Positions 50,954 to 64,000 of a stretch of 64,000 bases of DNA are shown in pieces; position 1 is the first letter of the stretch, and each line of letters begins with the position of its first letter. The position numbers and the translations under genes were made by a program. The stretch is from assembly GCA_016748015.1 (NCBI GenBank), contig JAAOMT010000664.1, positions 566,715 to 630,714 of the forward strand. The letters are read 5' to 3'. The stretch comes from Geosiphon pyriformis uo1. Taxonomy: Eukaryota; Fungi; Glomeromycota. Below the pieces are notes generated by a model, which had not been told where the DNA came from, made no database searches, and saw nothing but the letters and a program-made list of their open reading frames with translations.

Positions 50954-52482
50954 AAGGAAGGAATAATGTTACTCATAGAATATAGAAAATATAGTATTAT
51001 TAGTCAGTAGATATTAGCCAATCAGAGGTAAATGTAGTAAATGTAAAATTCCAGAATTCCTCTCAAAGGAATTGCAGGATTTCAGAAATTTCAGGATTCC
51101 CCAACGAAGAATTGCAGAATTCCAGAATTTCAGGATTCCTCTCATCAGGAATCGTAAGATTCCTGTCGTAAAGAATTGAGGAATTGAGAAATCTCAATTA
51201 TGTATATATAGCAGTAGGATTAGAAGCTAAAAAGACAGACCTTTTAGTTTAAATTTAATCTAAACAACATTCCAGTTTCCAATCATCAAATAAATAATTA
51301 TTTCATATCTTAACCCACTCTCTACTATCAACACTTCATGTTGATAGTAATTGATATTTAACCTTGCTAGAACAATAGCTCTTGATCACGGCTATTGACG
51401 AAATACTAACATACCAAATTGCCTTGGCTTATTTTTTTATTTTCTTTATTTTATTTTCTTTCTTTTTTTGATTTTGTTGTTGTATATTAATTAATTAAAA
51501 GATTAAGCACTGAGTTATTGACGTCAAGAATAGCCTGGTAAAAGACCCAGAAATAAGGGTAAGATTTTATATATTATCAGATAGCTTACCAGAAGGGCAC
51601 GACTGCCAGACTAAATTTGGCCACCACACTGAGAAAGAAATTGGAAAAACTCTTGGAAAGATACATCTACTATCAACACTATTGAATCTCTGTTTATTAT
51701 ACAAAGGACTCCATCAAAACCTTCAGATACAATACTGGCAGAACTTCATCCACAGAAGTAGCTTTTGAGCACCAAGTTATGGGTTTGTTATTTAATTCAA
51801 CAGCAGAAAAAATCACTTGTAACACCACACTATTTTTAGATAATAATTATTAACCTGATCATTAATCTAGTTTTTGACCTAGTTATTGACCATTTTTAAT
51901 AGTTATATAAGTGATAAGGTCTTTAGCTATAGAAAAACATGATCAAAGTAACAAAATAAAACACTATTAATTACTTTTTCTTATATCACTTATTCTCTTT
52001 TTCTATTTACAAGTATCTGAACATTTTGGAATAAAAGATTACTTGTTAGTATTTACATATTTTATCTTTTTCTTTTCTTGATTTGTATTGTTAGAATTAG
52101 CCTAAAAAGTGATTGCTTGCTCTTGTGATTCATTGAATAAAGAAACAATTGAAAAACACAACAATACTTGTTATTGATTCTAAAAATTGCCAAGTAAAAG
52201 CATAGAATAATAGTAGCAGTATTATCTTGTTGACAATTATAAACTATTTTTGTATCTTCAAATTTCCAAAAAAAATTTACAACTGTAATTTTTATGAGAC
52301 TGATAATGCATATTGAATTCATACATATTTAATTTACTCACTTATTGTAATTCTCTCTTTGATTATTTCCATTACCCTACAATTTTGTTTTCTCTTGCTA
52401 TCTATTAGTTTGTTACTTCAACCCATAACATAAAAGTAGTGCTTCTTGTAAAGTTGTTAAAATTTACTTTGTTTTCTATTGT

Positions 52483-55400
52483 ATGAGTAATTATTTATAT
52501 CTGTTATAACAATAAAAAAAAACACTTTAAAGCACACAACAAAAACAATCTAGATTATATTAAACTCAATCTTTTGCTTTTCTGTTTGATTTGCTTTCTT
52601 ATTGAAAAAAAATCCAGTAGACAATTTTAAGACTTTTGAAACTGATTCCTAAACAAGCATTTAGCTAAAACCTACACAGTTTATACAACTTATTACTTTA
52701 ATCAAGCCTATCTTGAAGACAACTTTAAAGAAAAAAACAACAGCATTAATTAGCTTTTATATTTTACAACCTTTAAACAACAGCCCCTTAATTCTGAATA
52801 TTTAAATCACCAAATTCACATTTGAATTACTGCTTATTAGTTAGCTAAAACACTTTTTAAAACAGAAAAAAAAAGCTATCAAACTGCTCTTATTTTTGAT
52901 CTCTTCTTTAGTAAATTGGAACATTTTACATAAACAGTTATTTCTGAACCAATGGCTAATAATCCTATACAACAAAACATTCTGATTACCCTTCAAAGTA
53001 TACAAACTGCTCTAGGGCAAAAAAACAACACTCTATTATCTTTATTCAAAGATGATGCACAAAACCTAATTGAATAGTTAAATGATTTTAAAAGAGCAGC
53101 CACTGTTAATTAATATAATACTAAATATAAGTTCCAAATTATTAGTAGCTATTTTTAAGGCTCTTCTGCTACCTAGTTTTTACAAAAAACTAATAATAGT
53201 GCTTACCAAAAAATCATTAAATGGATATCAACAAATGCTAAAGAAAAAAACACCTCTTTTACAATCCAGTTTGAAACTAAATTTAGAACTTCTATCTTAA
53301 TTTCAAAATAGCATATAAAATTAGAAAAAAAACCCAAAGTCTTGGTAAAGTTGTGACTGAATATGCCAAAGCAATCAGAAAACTAATCAAACAAATAGAC
53401 TTTGAAATAAATTAAACAAAAAAGCAAAAGATTCATTTCTTTACAAAAGGATTAAGAACCAATCTTTTTTATGCTCTTTGGCTCTTTTTGGCTCTAAAAA
53501 ATAATTTTACAATGAATATAACTATTGAATTTGTCTAAAAAATAGAAGACAATCAAAAAATGCACCTAAAATTCACACTTCTAGTTTTTGCTCCTGTTTC
53601 TGTTATGGCTTCTGCTTCTCAAATAGCTGTTACTTTCTTTGCTGCCCAAACTCAAGACTCAAATAAATAGTTAATAGATAGACTTACAGCCAATTTTGTC
53701 TGATTACTGAAACCCTTAGTTCAAGTAGTTAGAGATAATTAGCAACCACAAAAACCCAAATTTGAACTTCATTTTAATTAGTCCCAACAACCCTCTTATC
53801 AAAGACAATAAAATTGTGGCCTATTTGTGTGTTATTACTGTGGAGTAACTGGACATTTTTCCAAAGATTACAACAATTTTTTTCTGTTTCCTTCAGCTTT
53901 TAGAAATAATAATAATTAGAACAATAGAATTAACAACAATAGTGTCCTTAATTAAAGATCCAATTATGCTAACATCAATTTCTTTAAAGAGGATTTCCTA
54001 ATTGAAGCTACTGTTTATCAGCCTTTAAACTGGTAAGTGTATTTCCAAAGGGTAAAAGTACAAGTTAACCAGAAAAAAACTCTTTTTATACTTTTAACTT
54101 AACTAATAATAACTATAACATAGATGAACTAGCAATTAATACCTTTGAATCAACATAAAAGAAAAAAAAAGCCAAAATTGATTTTGTTCTGGACCCAAAC
54201 AAAGCATCTATATCAATTGTTGATAGCAATAAGCCACTAAAAGCTAAAGTTTTTAAAAATCCTTTAAAGTTAAAACTCTCAGAAATTGTACAAAAATCTG
54301 GTTTCTATTCTGTTATTAAAAATCTCATGGAAACCTTAGCTTATATTATCTTTGGCCAGTTAATAACCTATTCACAATTCAAAAAAGCTCTTTGTAAATT
54401 CTTGATTCTAAAGAAAAAGATACCAAAAACCAATAAATGCTCTTAACAAGCTAAATTTACCAACAATAGTAATGTCACCCCTCTAATTTACAAAGCCCAA
54501 ATAGCTGGTTATTTTATTGACTTAATCCTAAATAGTGAATCATCTGTAAGTGTAATTGCCAAACACTTTCTGGAAGTCATTAGTAAAAAGATTAATGAAC
54601 TCTTAATCAGACCAATAACCAATATGTATAGTGACAAAAAAAAAGAACTTAGTATAGCCAAAGCTGTTCCTATTTATATCAATAGCATTAGTATTAAGAC
54701 TGACATAAAAGTATTTAAAACAAAAAAATACACTATTATTGTTGGCAATGAATGATTCAAGAAAATAAAAGTTTTGTTTGATTATGAACTTTGTAAACTA
54801 ATTATTAGATGTAGTAAAAAACCCATTGTGGTTAAATGTTGCCATTGGACAACTTCTCTAATATTCAAGCAAAATTAAAAAGATGAGCAATCAGATAAAT
54901 CAGATAAAAAAAACAATGAAGAAAAAGATCAAAAAGAACAAAAAGAAACTGCTGAACTTGCTTATACCATCTTTATCAGCAATAACAAGCCACTAGATAA
55001 TGTTAAAGTTAACAGAAAAAAATCATTGTAAATAACAAGCTGATTTGCTGGCCCTATTATAATATATTTAGAAGAACCTTTAACAGAAAACCTAGCAAAA
55101 AAGTCAAATACAGCTATTAGTGACATGATCTTTATATCAGGTATTAATGTGATAAATCTTTGTATTTTTCTAATGATAAATGCAAGTCTTGTCTGATCTA
55201 TTACAAAGATTAAGAGCCAATTAGTTTAATATTCAAAGAAAAATTAAGAAAAGTACAAAAATTTTTTGAAAATAAACTACTTGAAATCTAATCACTTGTA
55301 ATAGAACAAAAAAAATCCTCCTTTAAAGAAAAAAAAGTAGACATTAAAAATTTGTTGGCTAGAAATAGTTCAGTTATCTCAAAAAAAGGTAACACCCCTG

Positions 55401-56711
55401 AACAAACTTATATAATACAACATACTATCACTATTAGAGAAACTCACCTTATTTATTTAAAGTTTTATTAATTTAATCAACATAATAATAAGTTTATTAA
55501 GAAAGAGATAACTCAAATAAAAAATCTTGAATTCATACAAAAAACCAAGAGTAAATAAGCTTTTTCAGTTGTAGTAATATCCAAAAAAAGTAGAACTCTA
55601 TTTTTGTATCAACTACTGTCAATTAAATATCATTACTATAAAAGACATATACCTACTTCCCAAAATTGATGTAATACTAGACAAATTCAATAGTGCTGTT
55701 TTCTTCTTAACTATTAACTTAACTGCTAAATTTTGGCAAATAGAGATGAATTCAGAAAGTAGAAAAAAAACTGCTTTTATTACCAAGTATGATACCTATG
55801 AATTCACAATTATGCCTTTTGGTCTTATCAATACTCCTTCTATCTTTTAATGCCTAATAGACAAAGTGTTTGAATCAGTAAAAAAAAACTTTGTTCTGGT
55901 CTATTTGGATGACATAACAGTATACTCAAAAACCTAAGATAAACATCTTAAACATTTGCAAAAGGTTTTTGATCTTCTTAAAAATATTGGCTTCAAGATA
56001 AATTCAATTAAATTTTTTTTTGGATGACAATCCACCCAGTTTTTTGGTCATCTTATTATAAAAGATGGAATCTTTTCTGACCCAGCCAAAATTGAAAAAG
56101 TCCAAAACATTAGACAATTTATGAATGTTTTTAAACTATGCTTTTTCCTTGGTTTGGCTTTTTATTATCACAAATTTATCAAGAATTTCTCTAAAATCGC
56201 TTTTTCTCTTAATCAGCTATTCAGAAAAAATGTCAATTATTATTGAAGCACTCATCAATAAAAAGCTTTTGAAACTTTAAAGAAAAAACTTATTACTGAA
56301 CCAATTCTTAAACAACCTGATCTAAACCAATCTTTTATTTTGTACACTGATATATCTGGCTATAGATTTGGTGCTGTTCTCTTCCAAAAAGATAAAGATA
56401 ACAGAAAACATGCTATAGCATATGCCAATAGATCCCTCATACCAACAAAAAAAAACTATTTAGTTACTGAACAAAAATACTTAGTAGTAGTATGAGCTAC
56501 TAATTATTGGGACCAATATTTTTTTGATATAAAATTTCTAGTGATAATAGATCATTAAATCTTGGTTTGGTTGTACAATAAAAAAAAGCTAAAACACAAA
56601 TAAATAACTTGCTAAATACTTTATCTGGATGAATTTGGCTATAATATTTAACACCACAAAAAAGCTAATTATCAAAATGCTGATACTTTCTCCAAACTTA
56701 CTATTCAGTAA
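52483..56711 (+). pseudogene. Element G gag-protease-RT-RNaseH
   Basis: Decayed zinc knuckle; protease IL(D)S(G)SS; RT GFWQI/YLDDI (tatttggatgacata at ~55902); RNase H LYTD; ends NADTFSKLTIQ*. Confidence 0.87.
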
Positions 56712-56774
56712 TAGTATAACCTCTTAACCAAACCAACTTAATTATTAATAACTTCTTTATAAACAAACACAATA

Positions 56775-57995
56775 ATAGACTTGGACAACTATTCTGTCTT
56801 AATGGAATTTTTGGATAAAAAACAATACTCACTGAACTACAATTGACAGCAAAAAGAACAATTGTGTAAACAATCAAATTTTTATTTAATTTGCCAAAAC
56901 CAATTATATAAAAGAAACAGAAAAGATTCTAACCACTTTTAGAGAATCATCAGATTTGAAGAAAGAGAAATTGTAATATATAACATGTACACTAACTTAT
57001 TAACTGGACATTTTGGAAAAACAAAAACAATTCAGAAAATTTTAATTCACTATTATTGGTCTATCTTAAAAAAAAACATTGCTAAATACATCAAAATCTG
57101 TAACATCTGCCAAAGAAGAGGTAAATTCAATCAAAAAAAAATATCCATTTAATCTCTGTTGGTCAATTATTTGACAGAATTAGTATAGTTGTTAGATCTT
57201 TAACAATAACTTCTGATGGCAATAGATATATTATTACAGCTACTAACTATCTTATAAAATGAGTAAAAACAAAAGCCACTTCAGACCAAACAGCAGTTTC
57301 AATAGTCAACTTCATTTATAAAAATATTATCTGTCATCATGACTGCCCCAAAGAACTTTTATCTGATAAAAAAAAGCTTTTTTTAATACACTGGTTGAAG
57401 AACTTTATAGAAAAATAAGAATATATTATAAACTTTCCTTCTCTTATTATTTTTAAACAAATAGCTTAGTAAAACATTTCAATAGAACATTATGTGAAAT
57501 CTTAGTTAAAACCAGTGAAAAAACAAACTTATGAAACAAAGTATTGTCTTTAGCTTTGTTTGTTTATAGAACTATGAATTATGACATAACAAAAATCACA
57601 ATAGGAAATTATAAAGACATTTTGCAAAAAAAACTTGGTACTATTCTTGATTCATTGATAGAAGCATAAATAATTGTCTTTGAAAAAATAAAACAGTTCC
57701 AAAAAAAGCTTAAGAAAAAAAAACTTATAAAACACTTTTCTTAAGTATTGGTAACTTAATATTAGAATATTGTTTAAACAGAAACAATGTCTATAATAAT
57801 AAATTTTCTGGCCAATGAAAAAGACTTTTTATAGTCAACAAAGTTTTAAACAATAATTTTTATATTTTTCAAGATCAATTTGGAATAATTTTCAATGATC
57901 ATCTTGTTCATAGTACACAATTCAAAAAATATCATAAACAATCTAATTAGTTGCCTGTTGTGGTAATATTGACTCAAATGATCAGCAAAAATTAA
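56775..57995 (+). pseudogene. Element G stand-alone integrase ORF
   Basis: Separate from RNase H (several stops in the 66-nt spacer); GHFG...CNICQRRG; ICHHDCPKELLSD. Confidence 0.82.
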
Positions 57996-60015
57996 GTATA
58001 AATAAATGCACCATTTTTAAAACAAAGGTATTTTTAATCAACATAAATAATTATTTCTTGGATTAAAACATTCAAAATGCTTTTTATATTTTCTATGAGT
58101 ATTGGATCAAAAACTATTCAAATGCTATTCTGACCATTAAAAAACAGACCACTATAATTGATAACAATAGAACACATACTGTTATTAGACCCAAGAAAAC
58201 CACTACCAAAAGAAAAATAATTGGTAGCAAAATAGATAAATATCTGTTAGAAAGTATAACAGCAGTTATACTCTTATCTTCCAACATAATTGGAAAAACA
58301 CTTCAAAAAATCTTGCCTATAAACAAAAAATTATCATATGGAAGGCAATTAGAACTTTATGATTACTTTGATAAAATTATAGAGGATATAAAACTCATGA
58401 AAAAAACAACTTCAGAAATACAGACAAAAATTTTGGGCATTATATAGTTAGATGTCTCAAGAGTTTTAACTATTGCTAGAAAAGCTAAAACTCTTATACA
58501 AAGATTTGGTTTCTTAGATACAAAACTTATTTTGTTTTAAGTATTATATATTCTATTCACAAAAAACTTCAACAAATTAGTTAGCTTTAAGTTAGACAAA
58601 ACCCTTTAAATAGATTACTTTATAAATAGCTTGATTTTATCACAATTTCTTTGGAAAAGATAATATTATGATTGAAACTCATACTTTTTATTAATTATTA
58701 CATGTATTAGCCAATGTCATATAATTAGCCACCTTATTTTTAAATAGTAATTATTGACTTAATTATTGACCTGATCATTGACTTAGTTGTTAATCTGATC
58801 ATTGACTATTTTTAATAGTTATATAAGCAATGAGTTCTTTAGCTGTAAAAAAATATGATCAAAGTAATAAAATAAAACATTATTAATTACTTCCTTTTAT
58901 AATACTTATTTCCTTTTCCTACCTTTAAGTATTTGAATATCTTGGGATAAAAGATTATTTGTTGGCATTTACATACTTTATCTTTTCTTCTTCTTGATTT
59001 GTATTGTTAAAATTAGCCTAAGAAGCAATTATTTGCTCTTGTAATTTATTGAATAAAGAAATGATTAAAAAACACAATGATATCTGTTATTGATTTTAAG
59101 AATTACCATGTAAAAACATAGAATAATAGCAGTGGTATTATTTTGTTAACAATTATGAACTATTCTTTTATTTTTAAATTTCCAGAAAAAATTTGTGACT
59201 GTAATTTTTATGAGACTGATCATGCACATTGAATTCATACATATTTAATTTGCTCTCTTATTGTAATTTTTTTTTGATTATTTCTATTATTCTATAATCC
59301 TGTTTTCTTTTGATATTTATTAGCTTATTACTTCAATCCATAACACTATTATTAATTAACATATATTAATATTAATTTAAATTATCACTTATTATTTAAT
59401 CAAATTATTAAATATTATTATTTAATTAATAATCCAATTTATATAATAGAAATTAGAATAATCAAATTACATAATATCTTAAACTATTTAACATTTAAGA
59501 ATTCACCAAAATATGTAGAAATTTGCTAAAATAATAAATAATTCACCAAAATAACTAATAGTTTATTGAAATAACTTGTAGTTTATCAAAATATATCTTA
59601 TCTTACTTAGAATTATCTTAATTTGAATTAATTAGCTTTACAAAAAAGTAATAAAAATACCAAATATTTGAAAACCAAATTTTTTAATTATTTACACTTG
59701 AAATTTTCTTAAAATTCAATTAATGTTTTAAAATTAATTAGCTACTAATTTCAGTAATCTGTTAGTGACTTTAAGTCTAAATAGAAAATGATTTTCTTAA
59801 CAAAATTCTATTTCTTTTATATTTTTTATATTTTTTTTCACTTTTTTTACTATAATTATTAGGGTAGTTTACAGATAAAATTTCTGTAAAAAAATTAACT
59901 TTTATAGCAAAATAACTACACATTTTTAGTAAGCTTTAAGATGAGCAATTTCTGAAAAAGAGTTGACTTTTACTACAAAGTAACTACATATAGTAACTGG
60001 TATAAAATTGGCCAT

Positions 60016-63000
60016 TGTTACTGAAGGTTTTTGGTCTCTTTTCTGTAATGTTGTTGATGCCTGTTTGCTGTGAATTCACGTTTTTTGGATGTGGTTGAAC
60101 CTCTAGTAACTGAATTATCTTCAAATTATCTCCTATAATTTGAACTGCTGGGCTTATAAGTGGAATGGCCAATTCTTTGCCAGTTACTTTATGTAGTTAT
60201 ATTGTAGTAAACGTCAACTCTTTCCCAGGAATTGCTCATTTGGAAGCTCACTAAAAATGTGTAGTTATTTTGCTGTGAAAGTCAACTCTTCTACAGGAAT
60301 CTTGTCTGTAGACTACCTTGATGATTGTAATAAGAAAAGAAAAGAAAAATAAAAAAAGTGTAAAAAGAAAAAAAAAAAATGTTTTATGGAAGTTATTTCA
60401 GATCCAGGCCTGAAAGCGTTTTAACAGTTTACTGAAATTGGTAGCTAGTCAATTTCAAACTGTTTAGTAGGAATTGGTTAATTTCAAGAGAAATAATTAA
60501 GAATTTGATTTTTCAAATTATTTGATATTTATTTTGTTTCTGTGTGTAAAGAATAATTCTAATTGATAAATCTGAGATAAGATAAGATATATTTTCTCAA
60601 AAAGAGAAGCTCTTCTTTTATACAATTTGTTGTAACACTATTCTATGAACTTGAACTTTGCTATTTTCTACAATTTTGTTGAACTAAAGATACATTTTGG
60701 CAAACTACAAGTTATTTCTGTGAACTATTAGATATTTCGGTAAACTATCAATTATTTCGGCAAATTTCTACAAATTTCGGCGAACTTTTTGAATGTTACA
60801 TAGTTCGGGGTATTACATAATTGATCATCACAATTAGGTTATATTTGTGTTATGTACAAATTGGGTTATTAATTAAATGATAATTTTGGACATTTTGCTA
60901 ATGTAATAAGTGATAATTTGAAACAATAATATATGCTAATTAATAATAGAAATTATAAAGATAATTTCATGTTAAATAATATCTTTAATTTTATCTGGTA
61001 ATATAACCTCCTTCTCAAGACTGAGCTCTGTCGAAGTCCAAGTACTGTCTGTAATTTTCAGATAATAATCCAAAATTATTGAAGAAATTTGGTCTGAAAA
61101 TTGTTGAAATTTCAGTTTTGTGAGCTTTCCAATATATTGAATCTTCAAAGGTTGTAAAATTGGGTTTTGTAAGACATTTTTACAGGTGTGGAATAGGTTA
61201 TAAAGTCTAAGAGCAGCTCTTAGTTTATAGCAACTGTTTGTAGGTCCAGCTGTTGTCTTGAATTTGTTGTGGAGTTGTTTCTAAATAGCTTTTTTTGTGA
61301 GGTTTGCTGCTGTAAGCTCCTGTTTTCATTCATAAAGTGTTTTTCCAATGTAAAAATATCTATATATTGGAGTATAGTTGTGGTTTTCTTCATTAAGACA
61401 CAGTTGAAGTTTTTATTGAATAGTAGCATTTGGTGAAATACTAATAGGAGTGAGCAATAAGTTTTCTCTTAAAGCAAGCTTTAAAAGTTCTGGTAGATAA
61501 ATTCCAAAATAACTTCTTGTGTTTTTTTTATAGAAATGATACTTCCGTGAATTTGGGGCTAGATTTGTGACTATTTCTGTTTGGGTATAATTAATATGTT
61601 TTCCAGTGATAATAATAGATAATTCAGGCATTGTTTTTAAAGCTAACATTAATTTTTGAGATAACTGTTGAATATTTTGAGGGATAGTCATTATAATGAA
61701 ATTAAAAATAAATTGAAATTATTTTTGGTATGTGGGTTTTTATGTTATTTTTGTTTTTCAGTGTGCTTTGTTTTGTTTTTGTTGTGAAATTGTTTCTAAA
61801 TTATAAGGGAATAACTATAGTAAAATTGAAATTAAGTGTTCAAGTTGGGGGGTTGTTTAATAACAACTATTAATTCTAAGTTTTGAGAAATATCTTTGGG
61901 ATTGATTAAAGAAGAATGTGTACCAATTTGTGGAATTAATGGTTCAGAATTGTTTCTAGAATTATAGTGTTTCAAATGATCTCCATGTGCAACTTTTGCT
62001 AGGATTTTGTTATCAAGTTTTAGCTTGTATGATCTGTTGCCTAGAACTTTATGGATAAAGAATGACCTATCTCATTTATTTTCAAATTTTCCACTCCATT
62101 GTTTTTCAGCTTTAGTTTTGTATAAGAAAACTTTGTTTCCAACTTTAAATTTATTAGTGACTGGAGGCAATTTGTTGTTATGCCATTCTTTTTGTTGAGC
62201 TTGGGAGTGTTCAATATGAGTGGCTGCTATTCATTATTTTCCTTCTAATGTGCTAAGCAGAGTATAGGCTCTTCGCTAAAGCATTTTTTAGAAATTGTCT
62301 TCATCGATTGGTTGTACTGGGTATGTTTCCACTGTGAAACTTATTGGTAACATTGCTGTCCTTCCATAAGTTAAATCAAATGGTATGTGTTTTGTGGTAT
62401 CTTGTTTTAGTGTTCTATATGCTAGTAACACTGATGGAATAAAAATATCCCATTCTTGCTCAAAATTGGTTGAGACTTTGGCTAATAATTTACACAGTGT
62501 CCTATTGAAACATTCTACAAGCCCATTTGTTTGTGAATGGTAGGGCAAAGATAATGGTCTTTTGACATTAAATTGTTCACAAATTTCCTGGATTAAATTG
62601 TTCACAAAATGTGTTCCTTGATCAGATAAAAGTTCTATTGGGCATTCATGTCTACAAATGATGTCTTCGTAAATGAAGTTTGCTACTGATTTTGCATTTG
62701 TTCATTGAATGGCTCTGGCTTCGGGCCATTTGGTGAGATAGTCTACAGCTACTGCAATATAATGGTTTCCTTGGTTTGTGATAGGTAGTGGTCTGACTAA
62801 ATCAATACCAACTCAGTCAAAAGGCTGTTCAACTTTGATTGAATTTAAAGGTTCTGTAAGGTGAATTCCTCTTCTTTTTTGACAACTATCACATGACTTA
62901 ACATATTCATGGATGTCTTTTCTCATTCAAGGCCAAAAGTAATATTCTAGTGTTCTCTGGATGGTGCTGTCTTTTCCTAGGTGTACTGATGAAGGGTCTG

Positions 63001-64000
63001 AATGCATGTTATATAAAATGGTTTCTTTTTCATGTTCTTGTATTAATCTGAGCGGATTGTTTAGGTTTCTGAAGTTTCAATAATAAATCATGTTGTTGTG
63101 TAAGAAATATTGTTTGGCTTGTTGTTGTAACTAATGTTTTTTATCTGGGAACCAATCTGTTGGGATTGTTAATGTCTTCAAATATTGTTTAAGATTGTTG
63201 TAGTTTTCGGGGTTCATTGTTTGTTGTTTTGTTGCTGTTAATTTAAATGGGTGTTGGTTCTGTTTTCTAATCTTGCCTCATTCTTGAGAGACAATCAACA
63301 TTGATGTGGAGTTTTCTTGGTTTGTGGTGTACAATGTATTGGTAGTTGGCTAAAAATCCTGTCCATCGGGTTTGTTTTGCATTCAGTTGGGTGTTTTTGT
63401 TTTAAAGCCATTTGAGTCCAATATTATCAGTGATAATATTGAATTCTTTAGGCCTAAGATAAAAATTGAAGTAGTGTAGGGCCCAAATTATGGCTGCTGT
63501 TTCTAGTTCTGTGGCAGGGTAGTTTTTCTCGGCTGGTTTTAATGTTCTGCTAGCATAAGCAATTACTCACTCATTTCTATTGTCATCTAATTGTGATAAG
63601 ATGACACCAAAGACAGTATATGAAGCATCTGTAGCTAGTCGAAATCAGTTGCTAAAGTCTAGGTAAGCAAGAATTAGAGCTGTTGTTAGCTTTTCTTTGA
63701 GAATTTCAAAAGCTTTTTGGTGTTCAGTAGTCCATTTATATTCGATGTTTTTGGTGATAAGTTGGTTGAGAGGTTTTGCAATTTCCAAAAATCTTTTGAT
63801 AAACTTCTGATAGTAGAATGCTAATCCGATGAATCCTCTTAATTCTGTGGTATTTTGAGAAGTTTTGAAATTTTTGACAGTGCTTATTTTTCCTGGATCA
63901 GGTTTAATTCCATCTTTGCTTACAATGTGGCCAAAAAAGGCCAAACTCGTTTTTCCGAAGTAGCATTTTTCGATGTTTAGTTTCAATCCTGCTTTTTGTA
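60016..64000 (-). mobile_element. Gypsy element H (3' half): RT/RNase H to 63267, integrase 63217-61832, ORF3 61691-61015, PPT, 3' LTR 61003-60016
   Basis: ORFs 63645-63986 (RT thumb), 62288-62605 (integrase core) and 61413-61691 (ORF3); PPT gagaaggagg; LTR ends ...CAGTAACA. Confidence 0.92.

Larger units (their letters stand above)
41694..51824 (+). mobile_element. Full-length Gypsy element D (dUTPase-bearing, least decayed), nested in the 5' LTR of G
   Basis: LTRs at 41694-42575 and 50967-51824; TSD CTAC/CCAC; PBS tggtacttcctgtgagg at 42578-42594; PPT aaggaaggaa. Confidence 0.96.
41622..59345 (+). mobile_element. Full-length Gypsy element G (no dUTPase); 5' LTR 41622-52430 split by D, 3' LTR 58664-59345
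   Basis: Perfect CTAT TSD; PBS at 52437; gag-pol 52483-56711; integrase ~56775-57995; ORF3 ~58043-58663. Confidence 0.92.
41566..60015 (+). mobile_element. LTR I (H family), in pieces 41566-41621 and 59346-60015; hosts G and is interrupted by H
   Basis: The joined halves align to the reverse complement of H LTR 60165-61003; starts TGTTATC. Confidence 0.82.

Overview
Eukaryotic fungal DNA. The intron-rich genes and low GC suggest an early-diverging Mucoromycota/Glomeromycotina-type host, but that is inference only. A three-gene island at ~25.6-37.0 kb (aminoacylase-1, eIF4G, RNF5/RNF185-type RING ligase) sits between two deep nests of dead transposons. I resolved 11 Ty3/Gypsy insertions (labelled A-K, with 4-bp TSDs where both ends are visible) and one Ginger/KRBA2-type integrase transposon relic (L). 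All are eroded by C>T/G>A transitions with few indels. The main result is the unusual shared architecture of these Gypsy elements: (1) one gag-PR-Cys-rich-[dUTPase]-RT-RNaseH frame that ends in a stop; (2) integrase as a separate ORF with its own start; (3) a ~200-codon ORF3 of unknown function, behind an internal TATA-like box and ending on the PPT, whose type tracks the type of U3 tandem repeat; (4) a PBS matching an elongator-Met-type tRNA that is folded back by a U5 hairpin showing covariation; (5) a Kozak-context short ORF inside the LTR. All coordinates were read by hand.
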